From a bacterium (GTDB taxonomy: Bacteria > UBP15 > UBA6099 > JAJRTR01), in assembly GCA_024278215.1 (NCBI GenBank), contig JAJRTR010000174.1, positions 23,489 to 87,488 of the forward strand: a stretch of 64,000 nucleotides of DNA. The letters are read 5' to 3'. The notes under the pieces were generated by a model. It made no database searches and was not told the DNA's origin. It saw only the letters and a list, made by a program, of their open reading frames with translations. The position numbers were made by a program, and so were the translations under genes. Position 1 is the stretch's first letter; each line of letters starts with the position of its first letter. Below, piece by piece: positions 55,864-64,000 of the stretch.

Positions 55864-57495
55864 TCAATCCGGCAATTCCCCGTTGTTGCCAGCGTTCAGT
55901 ATTGTGGTGATATTCATACGGAAACCGCCCTGCGAGGAACCTGCGTACAGGAACTGCCCGTCTGATGAAAAGTTCAGTCCCCTTATACGCCTTCCGATGT
56001 AACATTTCGTGATTATCCGCCACGAATGGGCATCCAGAAAATAGAGATGCCCGTCGGCATAACCCGCGACTATTATGGTGTCTCCGTCCGGCGTTACAGC
56101 TATGTTTCTGACACCCGGCGCTATGAACTTGCGTCTCTCCTCACGGAACTTATCGTCCATTTCCGACAATGTTCCGGCCCACATATTGCTCACAAGAATA
56201 CTGCCCGGCTCGATGCCCCTTTGCAGAAAAACGTCCAGCCGCTGATATACCGGAATGTGTATATCCTGCCTGTTTTCAACTACTATCTCACCGGCATCGC
56301 CGCCATCTTCGTAACGAAAACGCACCATACTGTAGTCGGGCTCGGTGACGGCAACGAAATAATCATTTTCAGTATAATATATCCACTCATCAGGACCGGT
56401 TATCCGGGCAATCGCCTTTCCTCCGGTCCCGGGATAAACGAAAAACGTATGGGATTCGTTCAATGCGTAATAGCGACTTCCGTCACGCGCGGCCTCGATC
56501 CTTGTCGCCTTGAAATCGACAGGTATCGGCGGGCGCGTCGCCTCAGATATATCGTCCGCCCGAATGAAACGGATAGCGCTTGCACCGGAAAAATCCCCTA
56601 TTGCGATTTCGTTCCGTTCGCAATCGAGAATCATATTGTCGGAACTCTCGCCTATCACAGTTGAACTTTCCGCCCGGCCCGCCGCCGGTTCGTATTTTAT
56701 CAGTCCGCTTTTTCTCCCCCCCTGCATTCCGATATAGATGATATCGCCCCCACAGCCTTCCATCACAAACATTATCTGTTCGCCAATGATTTTACCCACC
56801 GGCTGCTCTCTGTCATAAGTGAACAGTACATCCACTCCAGGCTGGGACTCGATAATCCGCATGTCCGCGTCTCCGTTTATGTTATAAAACCTGAATGCAA
56901 CAAATATTGTAAAAAATGTCATCGCGGCCGATGCAGGCACCCAGGCGGGTACCCTGTATTTGTGCTTTCCGGGTAGTACTTTCGCTATAAGCAAAAGAGC
57001 GCAAAGCACAGCTATTGCAAGCAACAACGACATAAACGGGAAATAAATGAGCCACAGAGCCAAAGCAGGCAGACAGACCGCTATCCTTATCCAAAAAGGA
57101 ACTTTACCGCCGATGCACAGTCCAAAAACTGCGGTTCCGCAGGCTATTGCAACCCAAGGATACATCGGGTTCACGAGCCGAATTTCACCGCAGAGTACCA
57201 GGCCCCACAACGGCATCAGAACCAGTGCCGGGCTCCACAACAAAAATACAGGAACACGCGGCTCGCACCTTTTTTTTATCAGGTATACCCACCTCGCAAG
57301 ATGCAGCAGCAGCAACAGAACTACCCACCCTGCAAGCAGATCGAAGAATACAATATAATTGATAGCGGGTGGCACGGCCGCGAGCCACAGCGCGAGACAC
57401 ACTGCCTCAAGCAATAATCTTCTGCCGATCTGCACCACTTTTTTCATTACCGGTAAGCTTCTTTCTTTTTTGGGCGAAACACATCTCTCCAGCAT
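55864..57495 (-). CDS. Membrane-anchored hypothetical protein with C-terminal beta-propeller-like domain
   Basis: The N-terminal ~230 aa hold 6-7 TM helices. The C-terminal ~300 aa have repeated D-G-x / PDG beta-strand blades. Confidence 0.45.
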   Translation of the reverse strand: MLERCVSPKKERSLPVMKKVVQIGRRLLLEAVCLALWLAAVPPAINYIVFFDLLAGWVVLLLLLHLARWVYLIKKRCEPRVPVFLLWSPALVLMPLWGLVLCGEIRLVNPMYPWVAIACGTAVFGLCIGGKVPFWIRIAVCLPALALWLIYFPFMSLLLAIAVLCALLLIAKVLPGKHKYRVPAWVPASAAMTFFTIFVAFRFYNINGDADMRIIESQPGVDVLFTYDREQPVGKIIGEQIMFVMEGCGGDIIYIGMQGGRKSGLIKYEPAAGRAESSTVIGESSDNMILDCERNEIAIGDFSGASAIRFIRADDISEATRPPIPVDFKATRIEAARDGSRYYALNESHTFFVYPGTGGKAIARITGPDEWIYYTENDYFVAVTEPDYSMVRFRYEDGGDAGEIVVENRQDIHIPVYQRLDVFLQRGIEPGSILVSNMWAGTLSEMDDKFREERRKFIAPGVRNIAVTPDGDTIIVAGYADGHLYFLDAHSWRIITKCYIGRRIRGLNFSSDGQFLYAGSSQGGFRMNITTILNAGNNGELPD

Positions 57496-57787
57496 TCAGC
57501 AATGCTTATAAAAGAGTAGTGAGCAACTTCATTTATGCCTCGAACGCCTGATATAAGATGCTTTTCAAGGTGTGTCGGGAGCAACGGTAATATTGCACTC
57601 CTTGTAAACAGTTTTCATAAATGTTTCTTCAGGCAGCTATCCGAAATTCCGATCTGCAATAAAAAACGAATCATCATCATTATATCCCACTTGCAGATTC
57701 TACGCAGGAAACTTTCATTTTCACTTCAAAGTCATTATATTCAATGTTCAGCAGATTCTTTTTTTTGCTCTGCGGACTGGTGAATCA

Positions 57788-60760
57788 ATGAATACAATTT
57801 TTCCCGCTAATGTGTCTGCGCACTTACTGCTGCAGGCCATGGCAGCTAATTACAATCTCAGGTATCGATACAGGAAGTATCTCAAGAGCACAAACGGCTG
57901 GATCGACTTCTCGGTGGGTTTCAGAACACGCGACGACACCATCGTTCAGACTATTAGCTTCAAAGACGGTCGTGCCCGTGTGACAGGCCGAATCATAAAA
58001 AATGTGGATGCGGTGATAGTGTTCGAGGACGATTCCGCTTTCATGAATATGCTCAGCAATTCTTCCGAAGAAGTATTGACTATGATGCTTAAAAACCGTA
58101 TCCGCATAAAAGGCAATCATTTATGTGTGCTGCTGTTCTATTTTCTTATGTCCCTTCTTATGAATGAGTTCAAGGGCAAGGGGACGGGTAAGGAGACGGC
58201 CCGCAACGGCAACACGCCGCCTCGCAAAAAAAGTGCATTGCCGAAGCACGTACCGGAGCGCCCCAGTATTCGACGCAAGGCTACCCTCACTATCGAGCGC
58301 ACCGGTGAGGGGGTTAAGTATCTCGACGATCCATACCTGTCACAATACTGCCTTGAAGACTTTCCGCGCCTGGGGCGTTTCCTTTCCATTCACTTCGACA
58401 CGATGCCCGAGGTTTGCCCGGAGCGTGCAAAGTTGATCACGGACTGGTATCTGAAAAACGGGTTCGAGAAGAAGCGCAACGGGCAACCGTGGATTCCCGA
58501 GACGCGCCAGGCTTACGCGTTCAAGCACCTGATGGAAAACAAGAAACCCATCATTCGCGAAGATGACCTTATCGCCGGAACCACCACGACTATGCCGATA
58601 GGGGCGGTAATGTATCCCGATTCGCAGGGTATGTTTATATGGCCCGAACTGTACACTATGTCCAGCCGTGAGATGAACCCGTGCCGCGTTTCACGCAGAA
58701 CGGCAAAGGTCCTGCACCACCATGTGTTTCCGTTCTGGATGCGGCGCAACATCAAGCTGTGGGTAGGCGAAAAATACAATAACCCGCTGTGCGAACAAAT
58801 CGGTGACCACCTTGTGGTGTACATACTGTCAAAAAGTGTGGCCCTGTCGCACACGATTGCGGATTTCCCAACACTTCTGGCACTCGGCACCAGCGGCATC
58901 CGCCGTAAAATCAGCGAGGAATTGCTGCGCGATACGGCGGCGGACAAGCAAAAACGATATACCCTGGAAGCAATGTCTATATGTCTCGACGGACTGGAAT
59001 CGTATACAAGAAACCTCGCCGGGCACGCGCGTAAACTTGCGCGCAAGGCCGTAAGCACGCAACGACGCGGGGAACTCGAGCGCCTCGCTGAAATCTGCGA
59101 CAAAGTTGCTGTTGATCCGCCCGATACCCTTGACGAGGCGATAAATCTCATCTGGATCGCCTGGGTGGCTCTGCACATGGAAAACACCAACGTGGGGCTG
59201 TCGCTGGGTCGTATGGACCAGTGGCTGCAACCGTTCTTCGAGTCCGATATAGAAAAGTGCACAACACAGGAACAACGCGAGAAATATATCAAGCACGCCA
59301 TACGGCTTGTGTGCTGCTTCTTCCTGAGATGTACGGATCATATACCTATGTCGCCGGATGTGGGCAAACATGTGGTGGGCGGTGCGCCTGCCAACCAGGC
59401 CGTTACTCTGGGCGGTGTCACGCCGGACGGCAAGGATGCCGTCAACGACATGACCTATATTTTTCTTAAGGCAACCGAGATGCTCGGCATCCGCGACCCC
59501 AACGTGAACGCGCGATACAGCCCGGAGAAGAATTCCGACACGTATCTCAAGCGCCTGTGCGAAGTGAATCTGATCACCACCGCTTCACCGTCCATGCACA
59601 ATGACAGCGCGGTGATAACATCGCTTGAAGAGTTCGACTATCCTATTGAAGATGTACGCGACTGGTCGTCCACAGGCTGTGTCGAGCCCACGCTTTCGGG
59701 CAAACACATCGGGCACACCGGCTGCATGATGATGAACATGGTTGCCGCGCTGGAGATGGCACTCAACGACGGCACCCACCCGCTGATGAAGTGGGACCTC
59801 GGCCCGAAAACAGGGAGTATCGACAACGGCGCTTTCCCCACTTTCGAGGACTTCTTCGAAGCGTTTAAAATACAGTTCGAGTTCCTGATTGCAAACGCCG
59901 TGCAGTACAACAACTACCTTGGCGAATCGCACAGCGTGATGCGCCCTACTCCGCTGCTTTCGGCCATGATCCGCGACTGCATCCGCAACGGAAAAGACCT
60001 GACCAAAGGCGGCGCACGCTATAATTCATCAGGCATAGCCTGCATCGGACTGATCGACGTTACGGACTCGCTTATCGCTATAAAAAAATTCGTTTACGAC
60101 GACAAACTCATTACGTTCGCGGAACTCAAGGACGCAGTTGATTCCAATTTCAAAAAACACAGTATGCTGTACGCCATGATCCAGAATAAATCCGTCCGGT
60201 TCGGATCGGGCAACGCCGAGGCGCTCGAAATGGCCAACAGGATAACGAAAGTCACGCACGACGCGTTCGCGTCGCACAGGAACTTCCGGGGAGGTATCTA
60301 CACTACCGGGTTCTGGTCGATGTCCAACCATGTGGCGTTCGGAATGCTCACAGGGGCGCTTCCTTCGGGGCGCCTTGCTGGTGCTCCCTTCACACCCGGC
60401 CTCACGCCGCAGTCGCACGCTTCCAACAACCTGCTCGACAATATCAAGGACGTTGCCGGGCTGGACCCGCACAACATGAACAACAACATCGCCTTTAATA
60501 TAAAGGTATTTCCCGCTGCCGGAGAAAGCCATGAGAAATCTGTGGACGATATATATTCTTACGTGAAGACATACTTCGATCTGGGCGGTATGCAGATACA
60601 GCTCAACGTGATCAACACCGAGACGCTGCGCGATGCGATGGCCCGCCCTGAGAATTACCAGAACCTGCTTGTGCGCATTTCGGGGTATAACGCTTACTTC
60701 ACTACACTTACAAAGGAGCTTCAGCTCGAACTCATCCATCGGGCCGAGTTCGGCATCTGA
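57788..60760 (+). CDS. Glycyl radical enzyme, 1,2-eliminase/lyase class (GCVEP Cys loop), with N-terminal SCP2-like extension
   Basis: C-terminal glycine-radical motif 'VRISGYNAYFTTL'. Cys loop 'SSTGCVEPTLSG' (TGT at 59668-59670). PFL-like fold signatures throughout. The first ~130 aa resemble an SCP2 lipid-binding fold. Confidence 0.85.
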   Translation: MNTIFPANVSAHLLLQAMAANYNLRYRYRKYLKSTNGWIDFSVGFRTRDDTIVQTISFKDGRARVTGRIIKNVDAVIVFEDDSAFMNMLSNSSEEVLTMMLKNRIRIKGNHLCVLLFYFLMSLLMNEFKGKGTGKETARNGNTPPRKKSALPKHVPERPSIRRKATLTIERTGEGVKYLDDPYLSQYCLEDFPRLGRFLSIHFDTMPEVCPERAKLITDWYLKNGFEKKRNGQPWIPETRQAYAFKHLMENKKPIIREDDLIAGTTTTMPIGAVMYPDSQGMFIWPELYTMSSREMNPCRVSRRTAKVLHHHVFPFWMRRNIKLWVGEKYNNPLCEQIGDHLVVYILSKSVALSHTIADFPTLLALGTSGIRRKISEELLRDTAADKQKRYTLEAMSICLDGLESYTRNLAGHARKLARKAVSTQRRGELERLAEICDKVAVDPPDTLDEAINLIWIAWVALHMENTNVGLSLGRMDQWLQPFFESDIEKCTTQEQREKYIKHAIRLVCCFFLRCTDHIPMSPDVGKHVVGGAPANQAVTLGGVTPDGKDAVNDMTYIFLKATEMLGIRDPNVNARYSPEKNSDTYLKRLCEVNLITTASPSMHNDSAVITSLEEFDYPIEDVRDWSSTGCVEPTLSGKHIGHTGCMMMNMVAALEMALNDGTHPLMKWDLGPKTGSIDNGAFPTFEDFFEAFKIQFEFLIANAVQYNNYLGESHSVMRPTPLLSAMIRDCIRNGKDLTKGGARYNSSGIACIGLIDVTDSLIAIKKFVYDDKLITFAELKDAVDSNFKKHSMLYAMIQNKSVRFGSGNAEALEMANRITKVTHDAFASHRNFRGGIYTTGFWSMSNHVAFGMLTGALPSGRLAGAPFTPGLTPQSHASNNLLDNIKDVAGLDPHNMNNNIAFNIKVFPAAGESHEKSVDDIYSYVKTYFDLGGMQIQLNVINTETLRDAMARPENYQNLLVRISGYNAYFTTLTKELQLELIHRAEFGI

Positions 60761-60762
60761 CT

Positions 60763-61665
60763 ATGGCCGGCGATCCGCTTATATTCGAGATAAAGAGAAA
60801 TTCACTTGACGACGGACCCGGCATCCGCACGGTAATATTCTTCAAGGGCTGCCCGCTGTCCTGCTCATGGTGCCAGAACCCGGAGGGCCGCTGTCCGCGT
60901 GTCGAGATTTCCTTTGATCGGAAAAAGTGCATTGATTGTAAGACCTGCCTTAACATCTGCAAAAACAGCGCGCTGGACCGCCATCCGCTTTATTTCATCG
61001 AACGCGAGAAGTGTGACCTGTGCTTCGAATGCGCGGACAACTGCCCGACCGAAGCGCTGGCACGTGTGGGCAGGCATATTTCGGTACAAGAAATCATGGA
61101 CGCCGTTGTTCGCGACATTCCGTTCTTCAACACTTCGGGCGGTGGCGTCACTCTGTCCGGCGGCGAGGCAACTCTATACATGCCGTTCGCCTCGAAACTC
61201 CTCCAGGCTCTCAAGCAGCAGGACATCAGCACACTGCTCGAAACCTGCGGCCATTTCGATTTCCAGGCCTTCGACGAGCTTATCTACCCATGGCTGGACC
61301 AGATTTATTACGATTTGAAGTTTTTCGATTCCGGCTTCCACCGGAAATACTGCGGGGTCCCAAACGATCAGATTCTCGAAAACTTCGAGAAGCTCTACGC
61401 TCGCTCGCTTGACGGCGGCGTGCCGATTCTGCCGCGCATTCCGCTCGTTCCGAGACTGACTGCCGTGAAGACGAATCTACGGGCTCTGGCCGCTTTCCTC
61501 CGCAAGAACAAGGCTCGGCAGGTTTCCCTGCTCGAATACAATCCACTGTGGCAGGATAAAATGATTACCGTTGGAATGACCAGTGATTACGACAAGACCG
61601 ACTGGATGACAAAAAAGGAAGTGAAAGTATGCCGGTCTTTCTTTAAAAAATTCGACATCATATAA
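60763..61665 (+). CDS. Glycyl-radical-enzyme activating enzyme (radical SAM) with two extra ferredoxin-type clusters
   Basis: Radical-SAM 'GCPLSCSWCQNP' (CX3CX2C). Ferredoxin motifs 'CIDCKTCLNICK' and 'CDLCFECADNCP'. SAM-binding 'LSGGEAT'. Starts 3 nt after the glycyl radical enzyme. Confidence 0.9.
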   Translation: MAGDPLIFEIKRNSLDDGPGIRTVIFFKGCPLSCSWCQNPEGRCPRVEISFDRKKCIDCKTCLNICKNSALDRHPLYFIEREKCDLCFECADNCPTEALARVGRHISVQEIMDAVVRDIPFFNTSGGGVTLSGGEATLYMPFASKLLQALKQQDISTLLETCGHFDFQAFDELIYPWLDQIYYDLKFFDSGFHRKYCGVPNDQILENFEKLYARSLDGGVPILPRIPLVPRLTAVKTNLRALAAFLRKNKARQVSLLEYNPLWQDKMITVGMTSDYDKTDWMTKKEVKVCRSFFKKFDII

Positions 61666-61753
61666 TCAATCGCGTCGAGCCCATATATGTGCGCCTCAAC
61701 CACGGGCTTCTTCGCATTCAGGAACAGGATTACAGGAAAGAGGATATCGACTC

Positions 61754-64000
61754 ATGCAGAACAGAAAGTGGAACTACGAGGAATATTGCAGGCCGGATTT
61801 TGTGAAGATGCTTCGGGCGCTGAGGCTCGATGTGCATTTCACGAGAGCCGCCGGCGATTACCTTTATTATACCGACGATAACGGGCAGGAGATTGCTATA
61901 CTCGACCTTGCGGGCGGCATGGGCTCAACGATACTTGGACACAACAATCCGGCAGTAAACAAAACACTTGCCCGCTGCCTCGAGTCCGGTGTGCCGATGC
62001 ACGCCCAGGGCACGGTACGCGAGTCTGCCGGCAGGCTGGCCGCCCGCCTCAACCAATTATATCCCGGCGCACAGAAACGCATTTGTATCTTTACCAACAC
62101 TGGCACCGAAGCTGTCGAAACCGCACTCAAACACGCCGAGATGAATCGCATGAAACGCCTGCTTGCAATCGGTAAGGACCTCAAAGCGCACCACAAAAAG
62201 ATGCGGGAGTACTTCCGCGACAATACAGGCTACACCCTGCCGGAAAAATATCGCGACAGGGGCTTCGACTCGCTGCTTAACGACATTCTCATGCAGGGGC
62301 TGCTGCTCGAGCAACTCCCGCCGGTCGTTATATCCACAAAAGGCGCGTTCCACGGCAAGACCACCTCGGCGCTGAGCGTGACAGGCAACAAGATGTACCG
62401 CGAGCCTTTCGCCCGTATGAGCGGCATCCGGACAAAGTTCATCGATTTCAACGATGCCGCTCAACTCGAATCAACTCTGGAAAATAATTATTTCGAAATA
62501 AACAAGATCGTTGTCGAAGACGGCATTGTCAGGCTTGTCCCCGATAAGCATCTGAATATTACGGCATTCATCACGGAACCGATTCAGGGCGAGGGCGGTA
62601 TACATGTCGCCACACAGGAATTTATCGGGCAGATCGCCGCTCTTCGCGACAGACACGGGTTCGAATGGATCGTGGACGAAATACAGTCGGGCATGGGCCG
62701 CACTGGTTCTTTCTTCGCTATGGAACGATACGGAATCGACCCGGACACGGTGGACTATGTGCTGCTTTCCAAGTCGCTCGGCGGAGCCGTATCCAAACTC
62801 AGCGTCGCTATGATCCGCGAGCCGATACACGACGGCAATTTCGGGATGCTTCACACGTCTACCTTCGGCGAGGACGCTTTATCATGCGAAGTGGCCCTGA
62901 CTGTTCTGGATGAACTTACCGGTAATGATAAAGCGCTGATACGCAACTGCTCCGACATGGGCGACTACCTGATGGCCGGACTGCGCGAACTGAAGGAAAA
63001 ACACCCGGGCGTTGTGTCGGGTGTGCGCGGAGCGGGTCTCATGGCTGGTGTCGAGTTCAATGTGCGACGCAACGGCAAGTCGATCTTCTTCGCCGAACTC
63101 GCGGCCCAGGGCGGACTGGGAATGCTCATTGCCGGATACCTGTTCCACGAGCACCGCATACGCACTCAACCACCCCTCAACTCCATCATCACTAAAAAAC
63201 CTTCGAACATACTCCGCATCGAGCCTTCCGCACTTATCGACAAAAAAGACATCGACCGTGTGCTCTTCGCCCTCGACCGCGCATGTGAGATCGTCGAAAA
63301 ATCAAATGCTTACGAACTTACAAAATTCGTGATCGACAAGGAAACACCCGGCGAATATGTAGATATTAAGGACTTCTTCGAACCTGTGGAACCGTCCGCG
63401 GAGCAGGCGGACTTCGAGAACGTGCGCCAGATGGGTTTCCAGTTCCACCCGCTGGACGTACACCAGGTGATGGAAGGCTTCGACAAATCGCTGTGCGAGT
63501 TCAGCCGCGAGCCGGACCCCGCAACCGGGCAATCGGAGCGCGACCTGTACTGGGACCGCCTCGTGCCCATTCTGGGCGCATTCGTGCTCAAGGTAATCAA
63601 TCTGAAGTCGCCCCGCACCGGCGACAGAGTGCGTGCCACACTGTTCGGACTGCCCTACACAACACGTCAGATGCTGGACCTGCATAAAAACAATCCCCAA
63701 TTCCTCATCGACCGCATCCAGGAAGGTGCCGAACGCGCCGCCGCTATGGGCGCGCGCATATTCGGGCTCGGGGCTTTCAACTCCATCGTCACTCACGACG
63801 GCATGGACCTCGACGACACCAACATCCGCATCACCAGCGGCAACTCATACACCGCCGCACTGATATGGCAAAGTGTCCTCAAGGTTGCCGATTACGCCGA
63901 ACTCGATCTGGAAAAATCAACCGCTGCAATCGTCGGCGCCGGCGGCAACATCGGCAGCGTCACAGCCAGTCTTCTGTCCGAAGACATCTCGCACTTTATC
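61754..64000 (+). CDS. Fusion protein: class-III (PLP) aminotransferase plus acyl-ACP-reductase-like NAD(P) domain. 3' end outside window.
   Basis: Uninterrupted frame from ATG 61754 (SD AGGAAAGAGGA) to the window edge; it is absent from the ORF track because it has no stop. Aminotransferase motifs 'KGAFHGKTTSALSVTG', 'EPIQGEGG', 'DEIQSGMGRTGSFFA', 'LSKSLGG'. C-terminal 'GLGAFNSIV', 'TSGNSYTAALIWQSV', 'AAIVGAGGNIGSVTASLL' parallel cyanobacterial acyl-ACP reductase. Confidence 0.7.
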   Translation, partial: MQNRKWNYEEYCRPDFVKMLRALRLDVHFTRAAGDYLYYTDDNGQEIAILDLAGGMGSTILGHNNPAVNKTLARCLESGVPMHAQGTVRESAGRLAARLNQLYPGAQKRICIFTNTGTEAVETALKHAEMNRMKRLLAIGKDLKAHHKKMREYFRDNTGYTLPEKYRDRGFDSLLNDILMQGLLLEQLPPVVISTKGAFHGKTTSALSVTGNKMYREPFARMSGIRTKFIDFNDAAQLESTLENNYFEINKIVVEDGIVRLVPDKHLNITAFITEPIQGEGGIHVATQEFIGQIAALRDRHGFEWIVDEIQSGMGRTGSFFAMERYGIDPDTVDYVLLSKSLGGAVSKLSVAMIREPIHDGNFGMLHTSTFGEDALSCEVALTVLDELTGNDKALIRNCSDMGDYLMAGLRELKEKHPGVVSGVRGAGLMAGVEFNVRRNGKSIFFAELAAQGGLGMLIAGYLFHEHRIRTQPPLNSIITKKPSNILRIEPSALIDKKDIDRVLFALDRACEIVEKSNAYELTKFVIDKETPGEYVDIKDFFEPVEPSAEQADFENVRQMGFQFHPLDVHQVMEGFDKSLCEFSREPDPATGQSERDLYWDRLVPILGAFVLKVINLKSPRTGDRVRATLFGLPYTTRQMLDLHKNNPQFLIDRIQEGAERAAAMGARIFGLGAFNSIVTHDGMDLDDTNIRITSGNSYTAALIWQSVLKVADYAELDLEKSTAAIVGAGGNIGSVTASLLSEDISHFI

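Noticed and set aside
61687-63796. Short plus-strand and 88-164-aa minus-strand ORFs tracked across 61687-63796
   Set aside because: All fall inside the uninterrupted >749-codon frame of the aminotransferase/reductase fusion, which carries strong family motifs. The fusion ORF is missing from the track only because it has no stop within the window.
1-64000. CRISPR arrays, rRNA or tRNA genes
   Set aside because: No short regularly spaced direct repeats with unique spacers, no GTTCGAATC-type T-arm signatures in intergenic regions, and no rRNA-like stretches were seen. The repeats found are long interspersed families rather than CRISPR.

Overview
This 64 kb window looks like a genome segment from an uncultivated anaerobic bacterium that reduces sulfite or sulfate. 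Coding density is high, many genes use GTG or TTG starts, and TGA, TAA and TAG are all used as stops.

What the window contains, in order:
- A reductive-type dissimilatory sulfite reductase locus at 9751-14383: a dsrD-like gene, then dsrA, dsrB, dsrN and dsrC, with a sigma70-like promoter upstream.
- An Rrf2 regulator, dsrM and dsrK at 24147-27298, followed directly by a histidine kinase carrying two 4-Cys PAS domains and, after a repeat, an orphan receiver protein.
- An 11.5 kb gene (31064-42571) for a 3835-aa secreted protein built from eight repeats of a seven-bladed FG-GAP/VCBS propeller plus a fibronectin-III-like domain with a conserved GTCSGCDDI Cys-pair loop.
- A putative operon at 57788 to the window end that I cannot match to any described pathway. 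It encodes a glycyl-radical enzyme of the eliminase type (GCVEP Cys loop, RISGY glycine motif) with an N-terminal SCP2-like extension, its radical-SAM activase, and a fused class-III aminotransferase plus acyl-ACP-reductase-like protein that runs off the window.
- Other genes:
  - an RND efflux pump;
  - prfB with its programmed +1 frameshift at CTT TAA C, using UAA rather than UGA;
  - a second two-component pair;
  - a pair of 2-hydroxyacyl-CoA dehydratase subunits;
  - a gingipain-like (C25) peptidase;
  - an Mrp/ApbC ATPase;
  - a polysaccharide cluster (bi-domain oxidoreductase, AsnB, glycosyltransferase, heparinase II/III-like);
  - crcB with a DUF190 gene.
- Three families of intergenic repeats that no gene explains. 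One is a ~180 bp MITE-like element with 17-bp terminal inverted repeats, present in five full or partial copies. A second contains a conserved hairpin and supplies the stop codon of the PAS kinase. The third is a 19-bp perfect inverted repeat around a small ORF.

No rRNA, tRNA or CRISPR array was recognised. All calls rest on reading the translated ORFs for motifs; no database search was run.
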